Counted from the stretch's first letter, positions 29,504-38,605 are shown. The stretch is DNA of 64,000 nt from an uncultured Oscillospiraceae bacterium (GCA_964512095.1 CAZEIH010000002.1:104263-168262); one strand, 5' to 3'. Notes: generated from the sequence alone by a model not told the origin. Translations and numbers: made by a program.

Positions 29504-29516
29504 AAACTATCAAAGA

Positions 29517-30056
29517 TTAATTGTTCAAAGGTATCTCCGAATCAACATGAACCACAATATCTATGTGCTCCTTCCCCAGCATATTCAATATAATGCCTCT
29601 GTAAAGCGAAGGCTTAACCGGTACATTAATACTGCTGTGTACTGCTGGCTTTGTAATGACAGCCCCATCGGGACAAGTCACAGGAAAGCCAACGCTATAG
29701 ACCACCAAGGACAACACCTCTACTCGTCCCTCCACGATAGAGTCGGGCTTTGAATTCAAATCCGTTCCCAGCTTAAGATTGCGTATAAGCATTTCCTTGT
29801 ATATGTCCAATGCCTCACTATAAGACAAATCTACGGTGAGCTTCCCTAAATCCTTTGCAGCCAAAGCATTATAGGCAGATATATTGGTCATGTCAATCGC
29901 ATCTCTAATAACTCTTGCTTTCTCCATCAGCACGTACTTTTCCATGACTGTTGAAAAAATAGGTAAAATAACAAATACTAACATCGCTGCCATAAGAACA
30001 ATTTCAGTGACAATACTTCCTTTATTACATTTAAATTTGTTCATACCTTGGAACAC
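29517..30056 (-). CDS. TadE-like pseudopilin / membrane protein
   Basis: 179 aa with a TadE-type N-terminus (KGSIVTEIVLMAAMLVFVILPIF). The start is ambiguous between GTG 30056 and ATG 30044. Confidence 0.6.
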   Translation of the reverse strand: MFQGMNKFKCNKGSIVTEIVLMAAMLVFVILPIFSTVMEKYVLMEKARVIRDAIDMTNISAYNALAAKDLGKLTVDLSYSEALDIYKEMLIRNLKLGTDLNSKPDSIVEGRVEVLSLVVYSVGFPVTCPDGAVITKPAVHSSINVPVKPSLYRGIILNMLGKEHIDIVVHVDSEIPLNN

Positions 30057-30057
30057 A

Positions 30058-30441
30058 TCAGTTCACTACCTTCCTTGACATCGTCGACTTGTCATATGCT
30101 ATCCTAAGAGTCACAATGCCTCTTTCCAAAAACCCAGTAATTCCATTGTAGGTATAATCACCCTCAACCCGCAGCGTTAACATACCGCCCTGTCTAGCAT
30201 TTTCAGTGGCAGTTATCGTCACATTTGTCAGTCCCATACTCTCCAGTTCCGCTTTCAGAGCCATCTTCTCAGAGCTGGACAAGCCGCCTGCATTTTCCAT
30301 CTGAAGCAAGGCGCCTCTGCAAAGTATGTCAATATCACCTTTTGCTGAAAGAGGTACAAAAAATTCTACCATATAGACCAGAATTAAAACCACAAGTATA
30401 AGCATTATTCCAGTCACCAAGGGTTTCACAGGCATGTCCAT
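30058..30441 (-). CDS. small membrane-anchored protein of Firmicute Tad loci (DUF4320-like, from memory)
   Basis: 127 aa with a single N-terminal TM segment then a beta-rich domain. Lies between the pilin and the TadE-like gene. Confidence 0.5.
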   Translation of the reverse strand: MDMPVKPLVTGIMLILVVLILVYMVEFFVPLSAKGDIDILCRGALLQMENAGGLSSSEKMALKAELESMGLTNVTITATENARQGGMLTLRVEGDYTYNGITGFLERGIVTLRIAYDKSTMSRKVVN

Positions 30442-30453
30442 CGTCCTCTCTAA

Positions 30454-30693
30454 TCATGCAGTAGGAAATATCCTGTTTGCAATGACATTGTCCCACCAGT
30501 CTCCTAGCCCGTTCATTATGTCTTGGGCAAATGTGCGCATACTGGGAATGACAATAAAAGCCGCAATGATAATCGCTGCAGCTATCCCTAGCAGCTCATT
30601 CAAGCCAAACCCATCCTCTTTGGAGATAAAGCGTTTTTTGAAGAGACCATTTCTAAGATGCTGCATTCGCCTAACTAAATTTACAAATTCCAT
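30454..30693 (-). CDS. Flp/type-IV-like prepilin
   Basis: 79 aa from ATG 30693 (GGAGGG 6 nt upstream). Basic leader, then KEDG|FGLNELLGIAAAIIIAAFIVI, which places Gly at -1, Phe at +1 and Glu at +5, followed by a hydrophobic helix. Confidence 0.65.
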   Translation of the reverse strand: MEFVNLVRRMQHLRNGLFKKRFISKEDGFGLNELLGIAAAIIIAAFIVIPSMRTFAQDIMNGLGDWWDNVIANRIFPTA

Positions 30694-30718
30694 CTTCAAC
30701 CCTCCACCTACATAATAA

Positions 30719-31624
30719 TTAATTTATGAATATCTTTCCTACTGCCTGACCTACTTCATCAAGCATAGGAATGATTATCATCGCAACCACGATAGCAACA
30801 TAAACGCCAGCAGCAGCAACACTTCTGGTCCTGCAACTATCTGTCTCCGCCTGGATATAATTAAAGTATTTTTTGAACATTATATCCTCCTGCCTGGCAA
30901 GTAGCTCCTTGTTATCCCCTGTATCTATGCCCTGCTTAAGCGCGACACACAGGGTCTCAGCTTCATGGGTGTCAAAATTGGACCTGAACTCCTCAATTGC
31001 AATATCAATATCAAGGGTCAACTCATATCTTGCAGCCAATTTGACAAGTATACCCCTGAGCTCATTATCATCAGTCACCTCATAAACCGTCCTTATAGCA
31101 TCCGTCGGTTTCACGCCTGAAGATATCTGATTGTGAAGGTATTTATATATCTTGTATATATGCTTTTGAAACCGAAGATTCACCCTTCGTTTGTTTGACG
31201 CTACCGCATTCTCCAGGATTGAGTTAATAAGTATGACTAACATAAGTGGTCTTATCAAATCAGGAAAATTAGTACAGAAAGCTATAATAAAAACAATCCC
31301 TGAGAGAGCATATTTTACAAGCATGTAAACCACAGGTGCATATTCACCTCTGTAGCCGGCTCGTTTCAGCTTTATGCAGGCCCTTCGGTATAATTTGCCC
31401 TTATCCAACCTTTTATCCCAAGCCTCCATCCCCTGTTGGACAAACATAGAACATCGTTTATATACCGATAAGCCGGGGTTTCTAGCTCCCAGGGCTTCAG
31501 CAACACGTTTAGAGCCCACTATAGTCAATCGCTTCGATAGGAAAATCCCCAAAATCACATTTACAGCACCTAGAAGAAGAAACATTATGCTGTTGTCTTT
31601 GTACAACAATAAAATATTCTCCAA
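30719..31624 (-). CDS. tadC: TadC-like inner-membrane platform protein (T2SSF domain)
   Basis: 301 aa with TM-soluble-TM topology and a GspF-like helical domain. Confidence 0.7.
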   Translation of the reverse strand: MENILLLYKDNSIMFLLLGAVNVILGIFLSKRLTIVGSKRVAEALGARNPGLSVYKRCSMFVQQGMEAWDKRLDKGKLYRRACIKLKRAGYRGEYAPVVYMLVKYALSGIVFIIAFCTNFPDLIRPLMLVILINSILENAVASNKRRVNLRFQKHIYKIYKYLHNQISSGVKPTDAIRTVYEVTDDNELRGILVKLAARYELTLDIDIAIEEFRSNFDTHEAETLCVALKQGIDTGDNKELLARQEDIMFKKYFNYIQAETDSCRTRSVAAAGVYVAIVVAMIIIPMLDEVGQAVGKIFIN

Positions 31625-31630
31625 AATATA

Positions 31631-32605
31631 TCACCCCTGATTTCTAAACCTGGTTATACCAGCAGTTAGATAAAAGCCAAAAGCATACATACCGCTAAAC
31701 ACCATCAACAGTAGCTTACCCGTGATAGTGTCCAGATAGAAGCCACTAACCTGGGGAGATAGCTTTATGAAAAAGTATCCAATACCCAGTACGGCAAACA
31801 TGATAAAATATATCAGCAGTCTGTCCTTATATGTGGAAATCTTTCGTCTGTTATACTCTTCGTCTATCTTGTAAAACTGGTTTTCAAGATTCGACAGTAG
31901 CTTTATAATGTCCCCCCTATGGCGGATACTGAGCTTGACGTTAACGATGAAGTCCCTAAACTGCAAGTCATCCACCTTCATTTGCAATATATCAAGAGCC
32001 TCCCATGGATCCATGCCGCGATTCACTTGAATAACCATATCTCTTATAAATGTCTGTAACGGCTCCCCAATATTTGATGAAAGAGATTTTTCAAAGGCAT
32101 ATACGATATCCTCCTTGACAGCACACCATCTACTAAGAACAGAAATGTATTCTGCCAACCTTCTCCTAATAGTCTCTGCGTTATACCTAGAAAGCAACTC
32201 TAACACAAATAATGGTGCAATTGAGAGTATAGCGCTTATAACAGCTGATGAAGGGAAAAATCTCAGGAGGCTGTATACGGGTCGGTATACAGCGACGAAT
32301 ATCAATATGATCATAAGAATCAATATGTAAACATTCATAAAGGGTAGGTAATGCCTGATATTCGATTTCTCAATATACAATAATTCTATTCGTTCCAGTA
32401 GATTCATACCTCCATAATAGCTTGTCCCTCCTTCGCCGTACCCCTCCCTAGCCTGTATTCTGCTGGCGTGTTTGATGGGCTCCTTTATCTTTTTCATGAG
32501 CCAATCCTTAAGTCGAACAAATAAAACCGATAGATTAAAATTCTTAGCAACAACCACTGCTAACAAAATATTGGCGCATAGAAGCAACCCTGAAATTATT
32601 TTCAA
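31631..32605 (-). CDS. tadB: TadB-like inner-membrane platform protein (T2SSF domain)
   Basis: Likely TTG start at 32605 (GAGGGG 7 nt upstream), immediately after the tadA stop. The ORF-track start at 32683 overlaps tadA. Confidence 0.7.
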   Translation of the reverse strand: MKIISGLLLCANILLAVVVAKNFNLSVLFVRLKDWLMKKIKEPIKHASRIQAREGYGEGGTSYYGGMNLLERIELLYIEKSNIRHYLPFMNVYILILMIILIFVAVYRPVYSLLRFFPSSAVISAILSIAPLFVLELLSRYNAETIRRRLAEYISVLSRWCAVKEDIVYAFEKSLSSNIGEPLQTFIRDMVIQVNRGMDPWEALDILQMKVDDLQFRDFIVNVKLSIRHRGDIIKLLSNLENQFYKIDEEYNRRKISTYKDRLLIYFIMFAVLGIGYFFIKLSPQVSGFYLDTITGKLLLMVFSGMYAFGFYLTAGITRFRNQG

Positions 32606-32609
32606 ATTT

Positions 32610-33800
32610 TCACCCCTCACTGGCACAATATAGCCTATTGTAAACAAAGGCATCCTCAGCGTTGTTGTATTCACATACCTCAAGAATCTCCACCACTCGG
32701 AATTCTTTAAGATAAATGATGATATTTATACTTCTGCCCAGCATATCCTTTATTGTCTTTTCACTTTCGCTAATTTTTGCGCCCTTACTAAGGGTAAGCA
32801 GTCTAGCAAGTGCGTCACCTGCGCTTTCGGAATGGGTAGTAGCAATCCCCCTGTGTCCTGAAAAAGCTGCTTTTATAAACTCCCAGGCTTCATCACCCGT
32901 TATCTCTCCTACACAATATGTGTCAAGGGACATAGTAAGGCCGTCTCGAACTAAGTCCTTCAATGTAACAGGCCTTCCACCATCATTCTGTTTCTTTACA
33001 CGCTGCTCGATACAATAAGGCTTATCCGGGTAGATCTCTGCATCAGATTCAACTATTAGTACTCTCTCCATCTCTGGCAGAGTATTTAAGAAGGCACGCA
33101 ACAGTGTTGTTTTGCCTGCCGCCCCTTTCCCGCAGAATAATACTGATGCATCACTACTTGCAAGCCTTTCAAGCATCTCGATAAGCTTACTATTAAGCAT
33201 TCCAAGCTTCTGTAAATCCCTTAGCGTATAGCTGTCCTTTCGGTGCTTTCTAATACTGATGGCAGGGCTTGATATGTTTCTAGGTTTTATAGAAACATTA
33301 ATCCTTAACCTATTTTTTTCGTCCGTTACCCTACAATGGCTGTCATTTTCATTCAATATCCCCCCGTTACGGACAGCAACAAGCTTACAATATGTATCAA
33401 ATATTTTCTCGCTACCAAAATTCACGGGTATTTTACTACGGACTCCATGCCGTTTTATCACAAACTGATTATAAAATGTTCCGTCGATATCAGTAATATC
33501 CTCTTCATCAATATAAGGCTGCAATTCACCATATCCGAACATAAAGTCAAATACCTTTCTTATCAGTTCATCTCTGTTAAATCCAAAATGATACCTGTGC
33601 ATATCAATATCCTTAATTATTTCCGTCTCAAGAACACTCCTTGAAATACGCCCAGCAGACACATCTGCCACTAAAGCCGGACATTCTCTAAGAATATCAT
33701 TTGTGATGCTGGATATGATTGTATTCATATCTCCTATGTTTTTAGAATTAATGTTATGGCTTTCATAAAACAATTTGTTGTGGGACTTTACTATTGGCAT
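32610..33800 (-). CDS. tadA: TadA/CpaF-family secretion ATPase (divergent)
   Basis: Start ATG at 33800 (GGAGGG upstream). Walker A GKGAAGKTT, Asp box VESDAE, Walker B YCVGEITGDEA, His box GHRGIATTHSES. Confidence 0.8.
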   Translation of the reverse strand: MPIVKSHNKLFYESHNINSKNIGDMNTIISSITNDILRECPALVADVSAGRISRSVLETEIIKDIDMHRYHFGFNRDELIRKVFDFMFGYGELQPYIDEEDITDIDGTFYNQFVIKRHGVRSKIPVNFGSEKIFDTYCKLVAVRNGGILNENDSHCRVTDEKNRLRINVSIKPRNISSPAISIRKHRKDSYTLRDLQKLGMLNSKLIEMLERLASSDASVLFCGKGAAGKTTLLRAFLNTLPEMERVLIVESDAEIYPDKPYCIEQRVKKQNDGGRPVTLKDLVRDGLTMSLDTYCVGEITGDEAWEFIKAAFSGHRGIATTHSESAGDALARLLTLSKGAKISESEKTIKDMLGRSINIIIYLKEFRVVEILEVCEYNNAEDAFVYNRLYCASEG

Positions 33801-33804
33801 ACTA

Positions 33805-35760
33805 TTAACCCTCCTGAGTGATATCCTTTTTGCTTTTAGAAGCGGTAAAAATATCTGTAAACAGCTGTATTGCCTTCTGTAGCGGGCCAATCGCAGGTAC
33901 CAGCCCGAGTTTTTCATGTATGCTGTAATATTCATTTAATATTTCCTTTTCCATATGGAAGGAATACGCTCCATTCAGATTCCTGTACATTGCTCGTTTT
34001 CCGCTGGGGGAGATTCTTCCAATGAGATTATCTTGTGTCGCCTGTCTAACCTCAGCCTCACTCATATCAGATCCTTTATCATGTTCAAAGAGAACAAACC
34101 TGGTATTCTCCAGTGGCAGGTGCTGCTTATCGTTTAAAAAAGCTATATATGAGTTGAATTCACGTAGGCATGTAACATTTCCCCTGACAGCTGCAATATT
34201 GATATCTGATTTCAACAAAGCAGATAATGTGAAAGCATCATATATAGAGCGATTTACTAGCAAAACTGTGATATCAAAGCTACGGTAGCATTTTTCTATT
34301 AGCTGGGGTAAACTATCCTCGCTATAGTACTCATAATTCTCCAACCTAAAATTTCCTGTGATGATATACAGGTTCTTCATTTCCTTCTTAACTATGGCAG
34401 CCTGCTTAAGCAAAGCTGAAGATAGAATGCCTCTGTTGATGGCATCCATTACCATGTCAAGCCCAGAGTGACCTAATATTTCTGATTCATTTCCCTTGAC
34501 TGGATACCTTCCTGTATTGAGGATAATATCTGATTTGGGTGCCAGCAGATCAATATCTGCCAGAAGTACTTCGCTGCCCGTGTATTTGGCGGCAGTATAA
34601 GCAAGCTCACATCCAAACTCAGCATTGTCCCATACAGCTATAACTAGTCTCTTGAAGCTTCTCTTTGGATTCGCCCCTTGTTCAAAAGCCCTTTTAGTAT
34701 TGTTAGAATTTGTATTGTTAGAATTTGCAACGTTGCATCTTCGCGTTTTAACTTTCTTCTTTCCTATAGCTGATTTCATGCGACCGTCGACACCATTTCC
34801 TTCATTAGTCAGGCCACTAACTCCTGCTATCTCTCTATTACCGGTGCATATATCACTTTTGCCATCACAACCATAACCAACCTGCCCAGTGTCATCTCCC
34901 ATCCGCTCCTCTCCAACGCGCCTATTGACAAATGTATCCCTGCTGTACTCACCCCAATTATTACCCCTTCCTACCAGACAATGGCCCTGAAATTCTATTA
35001 GCTCTGCCATCAGCTCAGATACACTCTGATAACGTTCTGTCATTGTTTCACAGGTACATTTGTCTATTATCGCCTCTAAATCTGCTGAAAGCTGCTGATT
35101 ATAGTATCTAATAGGCCTAAGCTTATATGGAGCCACCACAGGGCTTTTCCCAGTCAACAGATGATGTAGTGTAACACCAAAACTGTAAATATCAGATACT
35201 GCACTAGTCTGACCAGTCCCGAACTGCTCGGGAGCAGCATACCCTCTCGTTCCTATATAAACTGTGTCTGCATCGGATTGGGGCTTATACTCACGAGCAG
35301 TACCAAAATCAATCAGCATAAGCTTTCCTTTTTCAGTCAGTATTATATTTGAGGGCTTGATATCTCTGTAAATAATTGGGTTGGGTTTAATTGAGTGCAG
35401 ATAATCCAAGGCCTTGCACAGTTGAATTGCCCAATCGACAACAATTTCCTCTTCAAACCTTCCCTCCTCAGCAAGCTTTTTATCAAGGGAAACACCTTCT
35501 ATGAAATCCGATATCATATAAAGATAACCATCCTCTTCTATGATGTCAAAAAGCCTAGGCAATGCCGGGTGGCGCAGCTTTTTAAGCAAATTAGGCTCTG
35601 CTGCCAGGTTGATTTGCATATCAGCCATCATATTGATTTCCTTAATAGCCCAGTAAGTGTCTGTATTGATGTTTCTGGCCAAATAAACAGTACCCATACC
35701 GCCCTTGCCTAATATCCCCTCTACAATATATCGTTCATCAAAAAAATCTCCTACCTGCAT
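33805..35760 (-). CDS. Hanks-type Ser/Thr protein kinase fused to a degenerate ParA/MinD/TadZ-like domain
   Basis: Start ATG at 35760 (GGAGGG 5 nt upstream). Kinase motifs: GKGGMGTVYLA, WAIKE, YRDIKPSNIIL, DFGTA, YAAPEQ. The C-terminal ~280 aa aligns by eye to MinD/TadZ (LVIAVW-DNAEFGCE-LAYTAAKYTGSEVLLADIDL), with Walker A lost. Confidence 0.8.
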   Translation of the reverse strand: MQVGDFFDERYIVEGILGKGGMGTVYLARNINTDTYWAIKEINMMADMQINLAAEPNLLKKLRHPALPRLFDIIEEDGYLYMISDFIEGVSLDKKLAEEGRFEEEIVVDWAIQLCKALDYLHSIKPNPIIYRDIKPSNIILTEKGKLMLIDFGTAREYKPQSDADTVYIGTRGYAAPEQFGTGQTSAVSDIYSFGVTLHHLLTGKSPVVAPYKLRPIRYYNQQLSADLEAIIDKCTCETMTERYQSVSELMAELIEFQGHCLVGRGNNWGEYSRDTFVNRRVGEERMGDDTGQVGYGCDGKSDICTGNREIAGVSGLTNEGNGVDGRMKSAIGKKKVKTRRCNVANSNNTNSNNTKRAFEQGANPKRSFKRLVIAVWDNAEFGCELAYTAAKYTGSEVLLADIDLLAPKSDIILNTGRYPVKGNESEILGHSGLDMVMDAINRGILSSALLKQAAIVKKEMKNLYIITGNFRLENYEYYSEDSLPQLIEKCYRSFDITVLLVNRSIYDAFTLSALLKSDINIAAVRGNVTCLREFNSYIAFLNDKQHLPLENTRFVLFEHDKGSDMSEAEVRQATQDNLIGRISPSGKRAMYRNLNGAYSFHMEKEILNEYYSIHEKLGLVPAIGPLQKAIQLFTDIFTASKSKKDITQEG

Positions 35761-35992
35761 GCCGTCCCTCCACAAATCAAGCGATATTATTCCTATCATT
35801 TTGAATGTCTTACATTTTATTGCATTTGTAAGATGTGACTGATTCTATCATAATTTTAATTCTTTTTCCATACTTTTTTGTTAAATTTTTCTTATTTAAT
35901 GTATAAAAGTTCGGCAGATACAGCAATTATGCAGTAAACAAGACATGAACTAATTTGTTAGCCGTTGGGAAATAATGTTAATTTGAAATGTG

Positions 35993-36865
35993 TTAAAAAT
36001 CTATATTGAAATCTGGAATAAACTCTTCAGACGCAGATTCGCGCTCCTGCACAAAACCATTCAATCCAAGCTTCACAAATCTGCTGACGACCTTATCATA
36101 CTCATGTCGAGTTATTCGCCTACCGATTTTACTATGACCCAAGGCCAGATTACAGGGTACATACTGGCTCATCAGACTTACATACACATCTTCAGGCAGA
36201 TTGGCAGCAATCCAGTCAAGAATTCTTAGCGTTTCTGTTGTATGACCAGGAAGCACCAGATGCCTTATTATGACACCTTTTTTCATCACACCCTCAGTAT
36301 CAAATTGAGGTGCCCCTTTTTGTCTATACATTTCCAGTATCGCAACTGATGCACATGTAAAATAGTCATAAGCCCCTGAATACTCTTTAGAAAGTTCAGG
36401 GCAAATATACTTCATATCGGGCAGATAAATATCCACCATATCTTCAAGCAGTCGGAGCTGCTCTAAACAATCATACCCATTTGTATTATATACTACCGGA
36501 ATGTCAAGCGATCCCTTTGTCAAGCTGAGGGCTTCTTTAATCGCTAGAGTAAAATGAGTCGGCGTCACAAGATTGATATTGTGGGCGCCACTATCCCTTA
36601 GGGACATAAAAATATCAGCCAACTCCCTAACAGTCACTTCTCGTCCTTTTCCCATATGGCTAATTTCATGATTCTGGCAATAGATGCATTTCAAGTTGCA
36701 TCCCGAAAAAAACACTGCGCCTGAGCCCCTTTTACCGCTAATACAGGGCTCCTCCCACATATGTAGAAAAGCTTGTGCAATGACAGGAGCTTCAGCCATT
36801 CCGCAAAATCCCTTTTCATTTGCTCTGTCAACATTACATTTTCTTGGGCAAATATTACACAGCAT
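35993..36865 (-). CDS. radical SAM protein, PflX-like putative activating enzyme
   Basis: 290 aa with an N-terminal CxxxC cluster (CNICPRKC) and the radical-SAM motif CNLKCIYCQN. Confidence 0.8.
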   Translation of the reverse strand: MLCNICPRKCNVDRANEKGFCGMAEAPVIAQAFLHMWEEPCISGKRGSGAVFFSGCNLKCIYCQNHEISHMGKGREVTVRELADIFMSLRDSGAHNINLVTPTHFTLAIKEALSLTKGSLDIPVVYNTNGYDCLEQLRLLEDMVDIYLPDMKYICPELSKEYSGAYDYFTCASVAILEMYRQKGAPQFDTEGVMKKGVIIRHLVLPGHTTETLRILDWIAANLPEDVYVSLMSQYVPCNLALGHSKIGRRITRHEYDKVVSRFVKLGLNGFVQERESASEEFIPDFNIDF

Positions 36866-37021
36866 ATTTAATCCACACTTTATCGTAGTTCCTGTTCCTC
36901 TAGTATTTGTCTTCCATTACCACTTTCTAGCTTGCAATTAACCTTTACAACACATACAATAAAAAATATAATAATGATAAATGTTACATATGTCAATATT
37001 ACGGTTGAAAGGATTGGGTAT

Positions 37022-38011
37022 ATGAAACGAGTGAGGATCACCGGGGTAACATACGCAGTTAAAAAAGTGAGGCGAACCAAGTTGATTGTGTTGTCTTTCC
37101 TACTGCTGATAATTATCTCCCTTATAGCTGTGGTCTCACTATCAGGCTACAAAAGCTGGGGCCTCCTCCACCCTGACAAAAAACCCGTTGACGCATTTTC
37201 ATCCAACATAGTTCCCGAATATAGGGACATCACCTTTAGGGGTGTCGACAGCACAATCTTGTTAAAGGGTTGGCTATTTGAGAAAAAAAACAGCGACCGA
37301 ACAATAATTCTTGTCCATTCATATGGTAGTAACCGGCTTGAGTTTGGAGTTGAAACCGTCGATATGATTAAAGACTTCATGAACAACGGCTATAATGTAC
37401 TAACCTTCGACTTAAGAAACTCTGGGGAATCCGGTGGCAATAACTGTACCTTCGGGTATAGTGAAAAGGATGACATTAAAGCTGCCATTAAATACATGAG
37501 GAATCAGGGGTCAAAGCACATCACACTTATTGGGTTTTCAACAGGCGCATCCGCTTCGATTCTTGCTGCTGCCGAAAGTACATCTTCAAAGGGCACTCCC
37601 TTGGTGGATGCAGTTATTGCTGACAGTCCCTACTCCGACCTAAGAACCTATTTCCACCGGAGTCTTGACAAATGGACTGGTCTACCTTCATTCCCGTTTA
37701 ACAGAACAACAGCTCTTGGAATAGATTTTACCGGAGGCATTAAAGCAAAGGAAGCAAGTCCGTTAAATGCTATAACAGCTGAAAACACTCCTCACCTAAT
37801 GCTTATACACAGTCGAAATGACGATTTGTTTCCTGTCATCAATTCAATTGAGCTTTACCAAAAATATTCGGGTCTGAACCCTTCAGGAGCAGAATTCTGG
37901 CAAACCGAGTACGAGGGCCATGCCAAAGGATATATAGTTGATAGAGAAGAATACATGAAGAGGGTGTTTTCATTTCTGGACAGAGTTTATTCCGCACCTC
38001 ATTTCTTCTGA
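37022..38011 (+). CDS. membrane-anchored alpha/beta hydrolase
   Basis: Start ATG at 37022. N-terminal TM segment (LIVLSFLLLIIISLIAVV) and nucleophile elbow GFSTGAS. Confidence 0.8.
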   Translation: MKRVRITGVTYAVKKVRRTKLIVLSFLLLIIISLIAVVSLSGYKSWGLLHPDKKPVDAFSSNIVPEYRDITFRGVDSTILLKGWLFEKKNSDRTIILVHSYGSNRLEFGVETVDMIKDFMNNGYNVLTFDLRNSGESGGNNCTFGYSEKDDIKAAIKYMRNQGSKHITLIGFSTGASASILAAAESTSSKGTPLVDAVIADSPYSDLRTYFHRSLDKWTGLPSFPFNRTTALGIDFTGGIKAKEASPLNAITAENTPHLMLIHSRNDDLFPVINSIELYQKYSGLNPSGAEFWQTEYEGHAKGYIVDREEYMKRVFSFLDRVYSAPHFF

Positions 38012-38487
38012 TCCATAAAAAAAGATGCAGTGTCTGCAGAAGTAGGGTTATTGTATGCATTATTGATTTTTTTTCCCTGGTTTACCTTTTTGATCTGTAA
38101 ACCCAGCTCTTCCAGCAGCTTTTTACTTTTACTGCTGTTGACCTTCTCAATATCGCCTATTTTACCAATAAGCTCAACAACCTCTGACGTCACCTGCTTT
38201 AGCTGCTTCGCCTGAGGATGAGCCGTCAAATTTAGCTCATTAAGTTTTTTTATGTTGAAGCTTATTTTCAGGCTTTCAAAATACACACTGAAATCAGCAT
38301 CTAGTTTATCAATCTCAATTATCCTTTTCTGTTTTTCATCAATCAGCATCTGTATCTCATCAAGAGATCCTTCATCAATAGCTTTAGACTGAGCTTTAGT
38401 CAACTCCAGCATTTCACCAAGAAACTGCTTTTTTTTGTTCAAAAGCTCAATCATCCTGTCAAATTGTATTCCTCTGTTTGTATCCAT
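37999..38487 (-). CDS. FlgN-like flagellar export chaperone
   Basis: 162 aa, all-helical (LLNKKKQFLGEMLELTKAQSKAI...), located downstream of fliS. Its 3' end overlaps the convergent hydrolase gene by 13 nt. Confidence 0.55.
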   Translation of the reverse strand: MDTNRGIQFDRMIELLNKKKQFLGEMLELTKAQSKAIDEGSLDEIQMLIDEKQKRIIEIDKLDADFSVYFESLKISFNIKKLNELNLTAHPQAKQLKQVTSEVVELIGKIGDIEKVNSSKSKKLLEELGLQIKKVNQGKKINNAYNNPTSADTASFFMDQKK

Positions 38488-38605
38488 AATTCTCCTGTCC
38501 CGCTTACACTGCCTGCTTATCCACTTTCCCCCTATTGCAGCAAAACTGTCCGTCGATTATCGGACTTTTTACTTGCACTCTGCGAGCCTAGCATTGCCTG
38601 CCTCT

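Noticed and set aside
35761-35992. Possible c-di-GMP riboswitch upstream of the pilus operon
   Set aside because: No GEMM-like conserved segments (such as ACGCAAAGC) are present. There is only a small 7-bp hairpin (TCTTACA..TGTAAGA) and AT-rich promoter-like sequence.
36880-37080. 66-aa hydrophobic minus-strand ORF
   Set aside because: It overlaps the promoter and 5' end of the hydrolase gene and has no SD. Its hydrophobicity reflects the AT/T-rich sequence.
38551-38575. CCGATAAT (sigma-28 -10-like) motif upstream of the flgN-like gene
   Set aside because: There is no TAAA-like -35 at 15-16 nt spacing. The motif sits in the loop of a weak 5-bp hairpin (GTCCG..CGGAC) that may be a weak fliS terminator instead.
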